DNA of 64,000 bases from Terriglobia bacterium (GTDB lineage: Bacteria; Acidobacteriota; Terriglobia; Terriglobales; Acidobacteriaceae): NCBI GenBank assembly GCA_963801595.1, contig CAWDFW010000026.1:18695-82694 (forward strand), in the 5' to 3' direction. The notes under the pieces are model-generated. The model searched no databases. It saw only the letters and a program-made list of their open reading frames with translations, and was not told where the DNA came from. A program made the position numbers and the translations under genes. Below, piece by piece: positions 1 through 9,808 of this stretch. Every line of letters starts with the position of its first letter. Position 1 is the first letter of the stretch.

Positions 1-446
1 CCGGTCATCCTCTTTTTGGTTGGCCTGACCGTCGGCTGCCTGCTGGTGGCTCTCCTTCTGAAAGGAATGTACAGCTACCTGGATGCGCGGGAGAATCGCC
101 ATCAACCCGCGCTGAATCCGCTGGTGCAGCAGACCACGGCGGACACGCGGCTCGGTTACGCCCGGGCGACATCACGAAATTTCCCGAGCCGCGCCTGGAA
201 ACCGACGAACCGAGAGAGATCAGAGCCTTTCGAGTGCAGGAAGAACAGACGTTACACAGTTATGGTTGGGTCGATCAGCCCGCTGGCGTGGTGCGGATTC
301 CGATTGACCGCGCCATGGAACTGCTGGCGCAGCGCGGGCTGCCCACCCGGCCGCAGGCCGGCACGGCTCCGCCATCGGAAATAAACATGGTGAAACAAGC
401 GGCGCGGCGGTCAGACACCAGCCGCCAGCCCGCGAAGAAGAAGTAG
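1..446 (+). CDS. 5'-truncated conserved membrane protein preceding SCO1 and the oxidase genes; function unknown; frame disrupted near 175-185
   Basis: Frame 1 is open from base 1 and gives a TM helix (LFLVGLTVGCLLVALLL). Frame 3 continues FPEPRLETDEPREIRAFRVQEEQTLHSYGWVDQPAGVVRIPIDRAMELLAQRGLP to the stop at 444-446. The switch lies in the run aaatttccc. Confidence 0.45.
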   Translation, partial: GHPLFGWPDRRLPAGGSPSERNVQLPGCAGESPSTRAESAGAADHGGHAARLRPGDITKFPEPRLETDEPREIRAFRVQEEQTLHSYGWVDQPAGVVRIPIDRAMELLAQRGLPTRPQAGTAPPSEINMVKQAARRSDTSRQPAKKK

Positions 447-478
447 ATGGAGAGCGCGACTCGAGAGCAGTGTGGAAG

Positions 479-532
479 GGCACGACTTTAGTCGTGCCGA
501 AAGAGATCGGCGCATCGAGCGGCTTTAGCCGC
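479..532. repeat. Two short GC-rich stem-loops with TTTAG loops (REP-like)
   Basis: ggcacgacTTTAgtcgtgcc (479-498) and gcggcTTTAgccgc (519-532). The same stem/TTTAG or TGAAG-loop design recurs near 18540-18600, 46490-46624, 50773-50903 and 61245-61299. Confidence 0.6.
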
Positions 533-565
533 TGAGGGGTTGCTGTAGCGGTCGAAGGAAACTAG

Positions 566-1435
566 ATGTCTGAACACAGCGACCAACTCGAAACGATTCT
601 GGCGCCATCTTCACCGCACTCTTGATCTCCGCTCCTGCCTTCGGCCAGGGCATGACCAAGGGCATCATGTCGCCGCCGGCCAACGTGCGTCCGCCGGGCC
701 TGCAGAATGTCGGCATCGAGCAGCATCTGGATGAACAGATTCCCGCAGGACCTCAGCTTCCGCGATGAAACCGGCAAACCCGTCCGCCTGGGAGATTACT
801 TCGGCAAAAAGCCGATGATCCTCAATCTGGTCTATTACAACTGCCCCATGCTTTGCGGCGAAGTGCTCAGCGGCCTGGAGAGCGCCTTGCGAGTGCTGAA
901 GTTCGACGTGGGAAAAGAATTCGACGTCCTGACCGTAAGCTTCGATCCGCGCGAAACCCCGGACATGGCCACGAAGAAGAAGGCCGAATTCCTGAAGCGT
1001 TACGGCCGCGCCGGCGCCGCCGAGGGCTGGCACTTTCTGACCGGTCCGCAGGAATCGATTGACGCGCTGACCAAAGCCGCCGGATTTCAGTACCAGTACG
1101 ATCCCAAGACCGGCCAGTTTGCGCACGCCACCGCCATCATGATTCTGACGCCGGAGGGCAAGATCGCCCAGTACTACTACGGCGTGGACTACGCGCCCAA
1201 GGATTTGCGCCTGGGACTGATCCAGGCGTCGCAGAACAAGATCGGCACGCTGGCGGATCAGGTATTGCTGTACTGCTATCACTACGATCCCACGACCGGC
1301 AAGTACGGAGCTATTATTTCGCGCGTGCTGAAGCTGGCGGGGCTTGCCACCCTGCTGGGGCTGGGAATTTTGATGACCGTCCTGATCCGTTTGGGATCGG
1401 GACCCAGGCGAGCATGCGGCAAGATGAGCGTTTGA
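566..1435 (+). CDS. SCO1/SenC family copper chaperone; frame disrupted twice in the 5' part as sequenced
   Basis: ORF 707-1435 carries the CPMLC (CxxxC) motif, SFDPRETP and HATAIMILTPEGKIAQYYYG. Upstream frames supply MSEHSDQLETIL, then GAIFTALLISAPAFGQG (signal/anchor), then NVGIEQHLDEQIP. These join if a G is added at 601-602 and a C removed from ccc 742-744. Confidence 0.8.
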
Positions 1436-1443
1436 CGAGAAAG

Positions 1444-1485
1444 GCAAAGTCAAAAACGGCGGGCGAGGGCGCCCGCCCCACACAC
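1444..1485. repeat. GC-hairpin repeat, family A (ggcgggcg-aggg-cgcccgcc plus caaagtcaaa tail)
   Basis: caaagtcaaaaacggcgggcgagggcgcccgccccacac. Near-identical cores occur at 5943-5968, 6066-6091, 20415-20440, 50610-50635 and 50722-50747. Confidence 0.8.
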
Positions 1486-1527
1486 GGATAGTGCTGACGA
1501 CCGAGGACTGAAGACCGACGACTGACT

Positions 1528-2528
1528 ATGTTCGATACTTTTCCACTTTGGCCCACACGGGCTTCGACGCACCGCCGGAAGCGTGGACGCGCTTTTCATC
1601 TTTCTGGTGGCATTGTCTGCGCTCATGAGCGTGGCCATCTTCACCATGATTGTGGTGTTCGCGGTCCGCTACCGCCGGCGCAGGGGCGTCGCAGCCGAAC
1701 AGATCGAAGGCTCGACCGCGCTGGAAGTGACCTGGTCGGTGATTCCTCTCTTTATTTTTGTCGTAATCTTCGTGTGGGGCGCGGTCATCTACTTCAAGGA
1801 ACGCACGCCTCCGCGCGGTGCCACCGAAGTCTATGTCGTCGCCAAGCAGTGGATGTGGAAGCTGCAGCACGAAGAAGGCCAGCGCGAGATCAACGAACTG
1901 CACGTGCCCGCTGGGCCGTGACGTAAAGATGATTCTGACCTCGCAGGATGTGATTCACAGCTTTTACGTTCCCGCTTTCCGCATCAAGCAGGATGTCCTG
2001 CCCGGCCGCTACACCACGGCCTGGTTCCATCCCACCAAGGCGGGGACTTATCATCTGTTCTGCGCCGAATATTGCGGATCGCAGCACTCGGGAATGATCG
2101 GACAAGTCGTGGTGCTCGAACCGGCGCAGTACGAAGCCTGGCTCAGCGGCGGGGGTGCGTCGGGAACGATGGCGTCGAACGGCCAGAATATTTTTCAGCA
2201 ACTGGGCTGCTCCACCTGCCACCGTTCGGATACGCAGGGCCGCGGTCCCAACCTGGTGGGGCTGTTCGGCAAGCCGGTGCAACTGGAAGACGGACGCGTC
2301 ATCACTGCCGATGAAAACTACATTCGGGAGTCCATTTTGACGCCGGGCGCGAAAGTGGTGAGCGGATTCAAACCCATCATGCCGGTCTTTCAGGGACTGG
2401 TGAGCGAAGAACAGCTCAACGCGCTGGTGGCATACGTAAAATCATTGAACCCGAGTCCATCGGGAGCGGCGGGCGGCCCGACGGTGGTTCCGTCAGGCGC
2501 GAAGCCGCAGGAACCAAAGGTGCAATAG
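1528..2528 (+). CDS. coxB: Cytochrome c oxidase subunit II, caa3-type with C-terminal cytochrome c domain; two frame switches (about 1575 and 1907-1909)
   Basis: [14 protein letters not shown], then [11 protein letters not shown] and [11 protein letters not shown] helices, then CuA site [19 protein letters not shown] and [13 protein letters not shown], then heme c motif CSTCH. ORF fragments 1528-, 1583-1921 and 1818-2528. Confidence 0.9.
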
Positions 2529-2530
2529 CA

Positions 2531-4169
2531 ATGGCCACCGCAGCAATCACCGCGGAACGCGAGAACTATCTCAACCAGGAATATGGCATCAAGTCCTGGC
2601 TGCTTACGGTCGATCACAAGCGCATCGCGCTGCTCTACCTGCTGTCCATCACTTTCTTCTTTTTCATTGGAGGATTTTTTGCCCTGCTGATCCGGCTGGA
2701 GCTGCTGACTCCGGCAGGCGACCTGGTACAGGCCGACACTTACAACAAGCTCTTCACCATGCACGGCCAGGTCATGGTCTTTTTCTTCCTGATCCCTTCC
2801 ATCCCGGCCGTGCTGGGCAATTTTCTGGTGCCGCTGATGATCGGCGCCAAGGACCTGGCCTTCCCGCGAATCAATCTTCTGAGCTGGTATCTGTACATCA
2901 TCGCCGGCATTCTGATGCTGCACTGCATGCTCACCGGCGGCGTGGACACAGGCTGGACTTTCTACACTCCCTTCAGCACCGCCTTCAGCAACACCAAGGT
3001 GATCGAGGCCGGGCTGGCCATCTTTATCTCGGGATTCTCCTCGATCCTGACCGGGCTGAATTTCGTGGTCACCATCCACCGCATGCGGGCCCCGGGGATG
3101 ACCTGGGACCGTTTACCTCTGTTCATTTGGGCGCACTACGCTACCAGCATCATCCAGTTGCTGGGAACGCCCGTGATCGCGGTCACGCTGGTGCTGGTGG
3201 TCCTCGAACGGGCCTTGCACCTCGGGATCTTCGATCCCACGCGAGGTGGCGACCCGCTGCTGTTCCAGCACCTGTTCTGGTTTTATTCCCATCCCGCCGT
3301 GTACATCATGATTTTGCCCTCGATGGGAGTGGTCAGCGAAATTATTCCGTGCTTCTGCGCGCAAGCGCATTTTCGGCTATAAGTTCGTGGCCCTGTCGAG
3401 CATCAGCATCGCCGTGTTCGGCTTCCTGGTCTGGGCTCACCACATGTTTGTGGCCGGAATTTCGCTGTACGCGGCGCTGATTTTCTCCGCGCTCAGCTAC
3501 CTGGTGGCGGTCCCTTCAGCCATCAAGGTCTTTAACTGGACCGCGACCATGTACAAGGGCTCGATCACGTTTTCCACACCCATGCTGTACGCCTTCGGTT
3601 TCATCGGACTGTTCACTGATGGGCGGCCTTACCGGATTGTTCCTGGCCGCTTTGGGAATTGATGTTCATGTGACCGACACCTACTTCGTCGTGGCCCACT
3701 TCCACTACATCATGGTGGGCGGAGCGCGTCATGGGCTACCTCGGTGGCATGCATTTCTGGTGGCCAAAAATTTCCGGACGCATGTATCCCGAATCGCTGG
3801 GCCGGCTGGCCGCGCTGATCGTGTTCCTCGGATTCAACCTGACGTTCTTCCCACAGTTCATTCTGGGCTACCTGGGGATGCCACGCCGCTACTGGCAATA
3901 TCCGCCGGAATTCCAGGTGCTTGAACGTGCTGTCCACCGCCGGGGCCACGATTCTTGCCGTCGGTTATCTTCTCCCGATGGTGTATTTCCTGTGGTCCAT
4001 GCGCTACGGAAAAGTCGCTCCCGACAATCCCTGGGGCGCTTCCGGCCTGGAGTGGATGACCACCTCGCCGCCTCCCACTTTTAATTTTGACGAGCCCCCG
4101 GTGGTCACTTGGGAAGCCTACGATTACGAGCACATTCCCGCTCCGCAGGAGGCGCGCAGTGGCGGATAG
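2531..4169 (+). CDS. ctaD: Cytochrome c oxidase subunit I; four frame switches (about 3357, 3617, 3725, 3921)
   Basis: Fragments 2531-3382, 3387-3662, 3619-, 3731- and 3921-4169 read in order as one subunit I: [85 protein letters not shown]. Confidence 0.92.
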
Positions 4170-4854
4170 CCCGATCGCGGTGGAACATCACAATCCGGCG
4201 CTCAAGCATCACTTCGCCGACATGGAACAGCAGCGCCAGGCTTCGTCGCTGGGCATGTGGCTGTTTCTGGCGACCGAGATCATGTTCTTCGGCGGCATGT
4301 TCTGCGCCTATCTCATCTACCGTCTCTGGTATTTCCCCGACTTCGCCGCCGCCAGCAACTCGCTGGACATCACTCTGGGCACGGTCAACACCGCCGTACT
4401 CATCTGCAGCAGCCTGACCGTGGTGATGGCGGTACGCGCCGCCCAACTGGGCAAGCGCCAGCAGCAGGTGATCTATCTGGCCCTCACCCTGGTTTTGGGT
4501 CTGGCCTTCCTGGGCGTCAAAGCCGTCGAGTGGACCAGCAAGTTCAGAGAGCACCACATTCCCGGACCCACTTTCAATTTCGAAGGCAGCATTCCCAGCC
4601 ATCCCGACCAGCCGGTGGACCAGCATCACGCCCAGATTTTCTTCTCGCTGTACTTTGCCATGACCGGCATGCACGCGCTGCACATGATCATCGGGGTCGG
4701 GATTTTCAGCTATTTGCTCTACTACGCGTGGAAGGGGAAGTACACGCCCGAATATCACACGCCGCTGGAGAACTCAGGCCTGTACTGGCACTTTGTGGAT
4801 ATTGTCTGGATTTACCTGTTTCCGCTGTTGTACTTGATCGATCGGAAAAAATAA
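4159..4854 (+). CDS. ctaE: Cytochrome c oxidase subunit III
   Basis: GTG at 4159 lies 6 nt after AGGAGG (4147-4152) and overlaps the ctaD stop. Sequence includes LGMWLFLATEIMFFGGMF, FFSLYFAMTGMHALHMIIG and YWHFVDIVWIYLFPLLY. Confidence 0.9.
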   Translation: MADSPIAVEHHNPALKHHFADMEQQRQASSLGMWLFLATEIMFFGGMFCAYLIYRLWYFPDFAAASNSLDITLGTVNTAVLICSSLTVVMAVRAAQLGKRQQQVIYLALTLVLGLAFLGVKAVEWTSKFREHHIPGPTFNFEGSIPSHPDQPVDQHHAQIFFSLYFAMTGMHALHMIIGVGIFSYLLYYAWKGKYTPEYHTPLENSGLYWHFVDIVWIYLFPLLYLIDRKK

Positions 4855-4858
4855 GTTT

Positions 4859-4936
4859 CTTTGCGTTCTTTGCGGATCCTTTGCGTCCTTTGCGGTTAAA
4901 AGCTTTTTGCCGCAAAGATCGCAAAGGGCGCAAAGG
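4859..4936. repeat. Stacked hairpin built from four ctttgcg and three cgcaaag units between ctaE and subunit IV
   Basis: ctttgcg at 4859, 4868, 4879 and 4888; ccgcaaag 4910-4917; cgcaaagg 4920-4927 and 4929-4936. Arms pair 4887-4895/4910-4917, 4878-4885/4920-4927 and 4868-4874/4929-4935. Confidence 0.75.
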
Positions 4937-4951
4937 AAAACGAGCGCTACC

Positions 4952-5236
4952 ATGTCCGAACACATTGTCTCCGCGAAAACCAATATTGCCGTCTGGCTGG
5001 CGCTGCTGGTCCTGACCGGCGTCACCGCCGGCGTCGCCTTTATCGACCTGGGCCCATTCAATACCATCGTGGCCCTGGTCATTGCCACCTTCAAGGCGCT
5101 GCTGGTCGTCCTGATCTTCATGCACGTCAAGTACACCAGCGAGAAACTGGTCAAGGTAGTGGTGGTCTCTGCGATCTTCTTTCTCCTGTTGCTCCTGGGG
5201 CTAAGCCTGGCGGACTACACCACCCGGCTGCTCTGA
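4952..5236 (+). CDS. Cytochrome c oxidase subunit IV family small membrane protein (caa3-type)
   Basis: 94-aa protein with 3 TM segments, MSEHIVSAKTNIAVWLALLVLTG..LVVLIFMHVKY, last gene of the oxidase operon. ATG 4952 chosen inside ORF 4907-5236. Confidence 0.75.
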   Translation: MSEHIVSAKTNIAVWLALLVLTGVTAGVAFIDLGPFNTIVALVIATFKALLVVLIFMHVKYTSEKLVKVVVVSAIFFLLLLLGLSLADYTTRLL

Positions 5237-5288
5237 TTTGCGATATACTCCGCCGTCTGTGAAGAATAAATAACGACGAGGTGCTGCG

Positions 5289-5933
5289 ATGGCATTCTGC
5301 AATTCCTGTGGTGCAACTCTGGACAGCGGAGCAAAGTTTTGCAATAAGTGCGGCACCACACAACCCGGCGCCGCGGCCGCTTCCGTCATTCCCGCCGGAA
5401 CCGCTCCCGTTTCATCCCAAAAAAGCGGCAGCGCCCTCAAGATCATTCTGATCGTCGTGGCGGTCATTGTGGTTCTCGGGATTCTGGCGATCGGGACCGT
5501 CTCCTTCATCGGTTACCGCATCGCCAAGCGCAGCCGGATTCACAACGAGAACGGAAATGTGCGGGTCGAGACCCCCTTCGGCAGTGTGAATACTTCCACC
5601 GATCCCGATGAGGCGGCCCGCAATCTCGGGATTGATTTGTATCCCGGGGCGGAGGTGGTCAAGGGCAGCACGTCGAACATGACCATGGGCGCGATGCATA
5701 CCGCCACGGCGGATTTCGAGACTGGCGATCCAGTCAGCACCGTGGGCGAGTTTTACAAGTCGAGGCTGCCCAATGCCAGCGTGGTCTCCACCACCGGCGA
5801 CCACTATGCCATCATCTCCACCGACAAGAAAAACATGATTACCATCAACATTGAGCTCAAGAACGGCAAGACCAGAATTCATATCGCCAGAGTCTCCGGC
5901 AAAATGGTCAACGGTGGCGATTCCGACAACTGA
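5289..5933 (+). CDS. Zinc-ribbon membrane-anchored hypothetical protein
   Basis: N-terminal CNSCG..x..CNKCG zinc ribbon, one TM helix (LKIILIVVAVIVVLGILAIGTV), C-terminal globular part. Intact 214-aa ORF. Confidence 0.6.
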   Translation: MAFCNSCGATLDSGAKFCNKCGTTQPGAAAASVIPAGTAPVSSQKSGSALKIILIVVAVIVVLGILAIGTVSFIGYRIAKRSRIHNENGNVRVETPFGSVNTSTDPDEAARNLGIDLYPGAEVVKGSTSNMTMGAMHTATADFETGDPVSTVGEFYKSRLPNASVVSTTGDHYAIISTDKKNMITINIELKNGKTRIHIARVSGKMVNGGDSDN

Positions 5934-5942
5934 AGTGGGCAC

Positions 5943-6091
5943 GTGTGGGGCGGGCGCCCTCGCCCGCCGCCTTTGAATTTGAAGTCTGATTTTGATTTTG
6001 CTCTGAACTTGATTGAAAGTTTTCGATGCAGCGTCGATGACTCCGGCAAACTCCAGGTCAAACTCGGCGGGCGAGGGCGCCCGCCCCACAC
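5943..6091. repeat. Composite family-A element: two inverted hairpin cores flanking about 95 bp (MITE/BIME-like)
   Basis: gtgtggggcgggcgccctcgcccgcc (5943-5968) followed by tttgaatttgaag..tttgattttg, and its reverse complement ggcgggcgagggcgcccgccccacac at 6066-6091. Same layout as 50610-50747. Confidence 0.8.
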
Positions 6092-6107
6092 CAGCAAAAG
6101 CCAAACA

Positions 6108-9100
6108 ATGTCTGATAACTACGTAGCAATTGCCAGCGCCGCCCCGAGCTCCCTGGTGGATGCCGCCGCGCTGGAACAGGCCCTGCGCCGCCATGTCCGC
6201 GGCGACGTCCGTTTCGATTCCAGCAGCCGCGCCCTCTATGCCACCGACGGTTCCAACTATCGCCAGGTCCCCATCGGCGTCGTTCTTCCTCGGGACGCCG
6301 ATGACGTCATCGCCGCGGTCTCACTGGCGCGCGAGTACGGCGCTCCCCTACTTTGTCGCGGGAGCGGGACCTCGCTGGCCGGGCAGTGCTGCAACGTGGC
6401 GCTGGTGCTGGATTTCACCCGCTACATGGGCAACATCCTGGAAATCGATCCGCAACGGCGCACGGCGCGGGTGCAGCCCGGAGTGGTGCTCGATCACCTG
6501 CGCAACGCCGCCGAAAAACATCATCTGACCTTCGGGCCGGACCCGGCCAGCCACGATCGCTGCACCCTGGGCGGCATGATCGGCAACAACTCCTGCGGCG
6601 TGCATTCCGTCATGGCGGGAAAGACCGACGACAACATCGAGGCTCTCGAAGTCCTCACCTACGACGGTCTGCGGATGAAGGTGGGCAAAACCAGCGATGC
6701 GGAACTGGAGCAGATCATTCGCGACGGCGGCCGTCGGGGAGAAATCTACGCCGGCCTGAAGAAGCTTCGCGACCAATATTCAGATCTCGTACGCCAGCGC
6801 TATCCCAATATTCCGCGGCGGGTTTCGGGCTACAACCTCAACTTCCTGCTGCCCGAAAATGGTTTTGATGTGGCCCGCGCGCTGGTCGGGTCCGAGGGCA
6901 CCTGTGTCTCCGTGCTGGAGGCGACGTGCCGCCTGGTGGAGAGTCCTCCGGCGCGAGTGCTGCTGGTGATTGCTTATCCTGATATCTACCAGTGCGCCGA
7001 CCATGTGCCCGACGTCATGGCCCACAAGCCGATCGGTCTCGAGGGCATTGACGATCTGCTGGTGGAATACACGCGGCGGCGCGGCATCAATTCGGAAGGG
7101 CTGGCGCTGCTGCCCGAAGGCGGCGGCTGGCTGCTGGCCGAATTCGGCGCCGATACTATCGCCGCCGCCGAAGCCCAGGCGTCCAGCCTGATGCAAGCCC
7201 TGAGCCGCGGCCCGAACCCGCCGAACCTGCGGCTGTTCACCAACCGCGAGCAGGTCAAGCGGGTGTGGGAAGTGCGCGAGTCCAGCCTGGGCGTGATTTC
7301 CTACATCCCCGGCGAAGACCTGACCTGGGAAGGCTGGGAAGATTCTGCCGTAGCTCCGGAAAAGCTTGGCAAATACTTGCGCGAGTTGCGCCAGTTGATG
7401 AGCAGCTTCAACTATCGCGGCACGCTCTACGGACACTTTGGCCACGGTTGCGTCCACAATCGCACCAACTTCGATCTGCAATCGGAAGCGGGCATCGCCA
7501 AATTCCGAAAGTTCATGGAAGCCGCCGCCGACCTGGTGGTCAGCTACGGCGGATCGCTCTCCGGCGAGCACGGAGACGGCCAGGCACGCGCCGAGCTGCT
7601 GCCAAAAATGTTTGGACCGGAGCTGTTGCGCGCCTTTCGCGAGTTCAAAGCCATCTGGGACCCTGCCTGGAAGATGAATCCCGGCAAGGTGGTTGAGCCC
7701 TATCGCATGGATGAGAATTTACGGCTGGGTGCGGACTACAAACCCTGGGACCCCGAAACCCACTTCCAGTTTCCCCATGACCACGGCAGCCTGTCCCACG
7801 CCACTTTGCGCTGCGTCGGCGTAGGAAAATGCCGCCGCGAAGAGGGCGGCGTCATGTGTCCCAGCTGGCGTGTGACCCATGAAGAGGAGCACTCCACCCG
7901 CGGCCGTGCCCACCTGCTGTGGGAGATGGCCAAAGGCGACGTGATCCGCGACCGCTGGCGTGACGAAGATGTAAGAGAGTCGCTCGATCTGTGCCTCTCG
8001 TGCAAGGGCTGCAAGAGCGACTGTCCGGTGGGCGTGGACCTGGCCACATATAAGGCCGAGTTCCTCTCGCACTATCACGAGGGCCGTCTGCGTCCGCGCA
8101 GCGACTATGCTTTCGCCAACATCGACATCTGGGCACGGCTTGCTTCGAAGGCGCCCGGACTGGTGAATCTCGCCACCCAATTACCTTTGCTGCGCGATAT
8201 TGCCAGGTTCGCCGCGGGAATGCCGCAGCAGCGCAGCGTTCCGGCATTTGCACCCGAGACTTTTCGCAGCTGGTTTGAACGGAGCATGCCGGAGCGAAGA
8301 CGACCGCCGGATGCCGAGGCCGCGCTGGTCATGCTCTGGCCGGATACGTTCAACAATTACTTTTTGCCCGATACCGCGAAGGCGGCAGTCGAGGTGCTCG
8401 AGGCCGCCGGGTTTCGCGTGGCAATTCCCGAGTCCATTCTCTGTTGCGGCCGTCCGCTCTACGATTTCGGCATGCTGGACCGTGCCAAGCGCCTGTTGCT
8501 GAAAATTCTTGATACCCTCGCTCCCGAAATCGAAGCCGGGATTCCAATCGTGGTTCTCGAGCCCAGTTGCGCCGCTGTCTTTCGCGACGAACTGCTCAAT
8601 CTCTTTCCCGAGGATGAACAGGCGCACAAGCTGTCCCGACAGACATTCCTGCTCAGCGAATTTCTGGAAAAGAAAGCCACCCATTTTCAGCTTCCGAATC
8701 TGCCCGCCAAGGCCCTTATCCACGGGCACTGTCATCACAAATCGCTGATGAAAATGACCGATGAAGAGTCGGTTCTGACGAAAAATGGGCATCGATTGGA
8801 GCGCCCCGGCGCCGGGCTGCTGCGGCATGGCAGGCTCGTTCGGTTTCGATGAAGAAAAGTACGACGTCTCGATGGCTATCGGAGAACTGGAGCTTCTGCC
8901 GGCGGTCCGCCAGGCCCCGCGCGACAGTCTGATCATCGCCGACGGTTTCAGTTGCCGCGAACAGATCGCGCAATCCACCGACCGCCACGCTCTGCACCTT
9001 GCCGAGGTAATCGCAGCCGCGCTGAGAGGACCACTCCAGCCCGATGGCGCATATCCAGAGCGGTCTCAGTTCGATAAGCGGCAGGCCGAACTGGATCGTT

Positions 9101-9177
9101 CAATGAAGCGAGCAGGCCTGGCAGTGGCAGGAATCGCCGCCAGCGCAGCGCTGCTGTGCTGGCTTAAGAGGCGCTAA
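6108..9177 (+). CDS. FAD-binding plus (Fe-S)-binding oxidoreductase (GlcD/GlcF-like fusion, D-lactate/glycolate dehydrogenase family); one frame switch at the A5 run 8781-8785
   Basis: ATG 6108 (MSDNYVAIAS) lies just after the repeat. Contains an FAD_binding_4-like region (LLCRGSGTSLAGQ), FAD-oxidase C region (SGEHGDGQARAELL), two Cys clusters (CVGVGKCRR, CLSCKGCKSDCP) and CCG domains (CCGRPLYDFG, GCCGMAGSFGF). Fragments 5943-8852 and 8785-9177. Confidence 0.85.
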
Positions 9178-9280
9178 AATGTAGGCGCGAGCGTCCCGCT
9201 CGTGCGTCCTGACCCATACCGGCCTGGGTCACACGGCTGATTCCAGCCAGTGCAGCGTCCTGACAGGTAATGCATCAGTT

Positions 9281-9454
9281 TCAATTTCCATCTGACCACC
9301 TTTGCGACCTATGGCAGCCATGTACGGAAAGGTTCGATGGAGGAATCGGAGCGGTGACGGCTTCCGCTCCCTCTACTTCATTCGTGGAGCGGTCTACGAT
9401 CCACTTGGCAAGCTGGTTCGGATCATACGGTCGTTTTCCTTTTCCAACAGTCAC
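9281..9454 (-). CDS. Small basic hypothetical protein (57 aa) whose stop lies inside the left inverted repeat
   Basis: GTG 9454: (M)TVGKGKRPYDPNQLAKWIVDRSTNEVEGAEAVTAPIPPSNL.., starting 9 nt after the stop of ORF 9464-9808. A +1 frame near the end reads AAIGRKGGQ. Below the ORF-track length cutoff; read by hand. Confidence 0.3.
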   Translation of the reverse strand: MTVGKGKRPYDPNQLAKWIVDRSTNEVEGAEAVTAPIPPSNLSVHGCHRSQRWSDGN

Positions 9455-9463
9455 AATTTGGCC

Positions 9464-9808
9464 TCAATCTTCCTTGCTCGGCACAGCAGGAGAATGGGAG
9501 AAGTACCTAAAGGCTGTCAGCGATAAATAAATGCCCACGCCGTAAACAATTCCTTGAATTAAGCAGAGCAGTACAAAACAGGCAAGCTGTCCGCGCTCGC
9601 CGTAGCTCACAGATAGTCGATTGGCCAATGGTGCAATCAGCCCCAAACCAGGCCGTTGAGTTCCCTTGGCCACCAACTCGATCCAATGCGGCGCATATGG
9701 GCGACCTGCGTATACTATGTATGCCATCAGTGCTAGCCACATCTCTACTCCTAGACCAATGAAAAGAGCCGTGGCTGGTGCGCCGTAATGAAGTTTCCAG
9801 AACCGCAT
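9464..9808 (-). CDS. Small integral membrane protein, unknown function
   Basis: 114-aa ORF with 3-4 hydrophobic helices (ALFIGLGVEMWLALMAYIVYA, LACFVLLCLIQGIVYGVGIYLSL), lying inside the IR-bounded segment. Confidence 0.5.
   Translation of the reverse strand: MRFWKLHYGAPATALFIGLGVEMWLALMAYIVYAGRPYAPHWIELVAKGTQRPGLGLIAPLANRLSVSYGERGQLACFVLLCLIQGIVYGVGIYLSLTAFRYFSHSPAVPSKED

Noticed and set aside
665-1483. Long antisense ORFs opposite well-supported genes. Examples: 665-1483(-), 2390-3079(-), 4105-4758(-), 5412-6194(-), 12381-13271(-), 13898-14704(-), 20470-21447(+), 26158-27183(-), 28744-29925(-), 29948-31003(-), 40863-41744(+), 47996-49207(-), 56817-57725(+), 61921-63378(+)
   Set aside because: They lie exactly opposite genes with strong family motifs. 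Their translations are Arg/Gly/Ala/Pro-rich low-complexity sequence, typical of shadow ORFs in about 60% GC DNA, and no motif was recognised in any of them.
1528-4169. Reading the fragmented oxidase genes (and rsgA, kdsB, glnA) as true pseudogenes of a degenerating genome
   Set aside because: The fragments are collinear and the conserved motifs are intact. There are no in-frame stops or deletions, and several junctions are single-base homopolymer length changes. Loss of all these functions at once is biologically implausible. Still unproven without reads.
5943-6107. N-terminal extension of the FAD/Fe-S oxidoreductase (ORF track start 5943, MWGGRPRPP..), and likewise the 59667 start for the GNAT gene and the 59636 start for the secreted protein
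   Set aside because: The extensions are translations of hairpin repeats. Internal starts (ATG 6108, GTG 59517 with GGAGA, ATG 59882 followed by a signal peptide) give normal N-termini.
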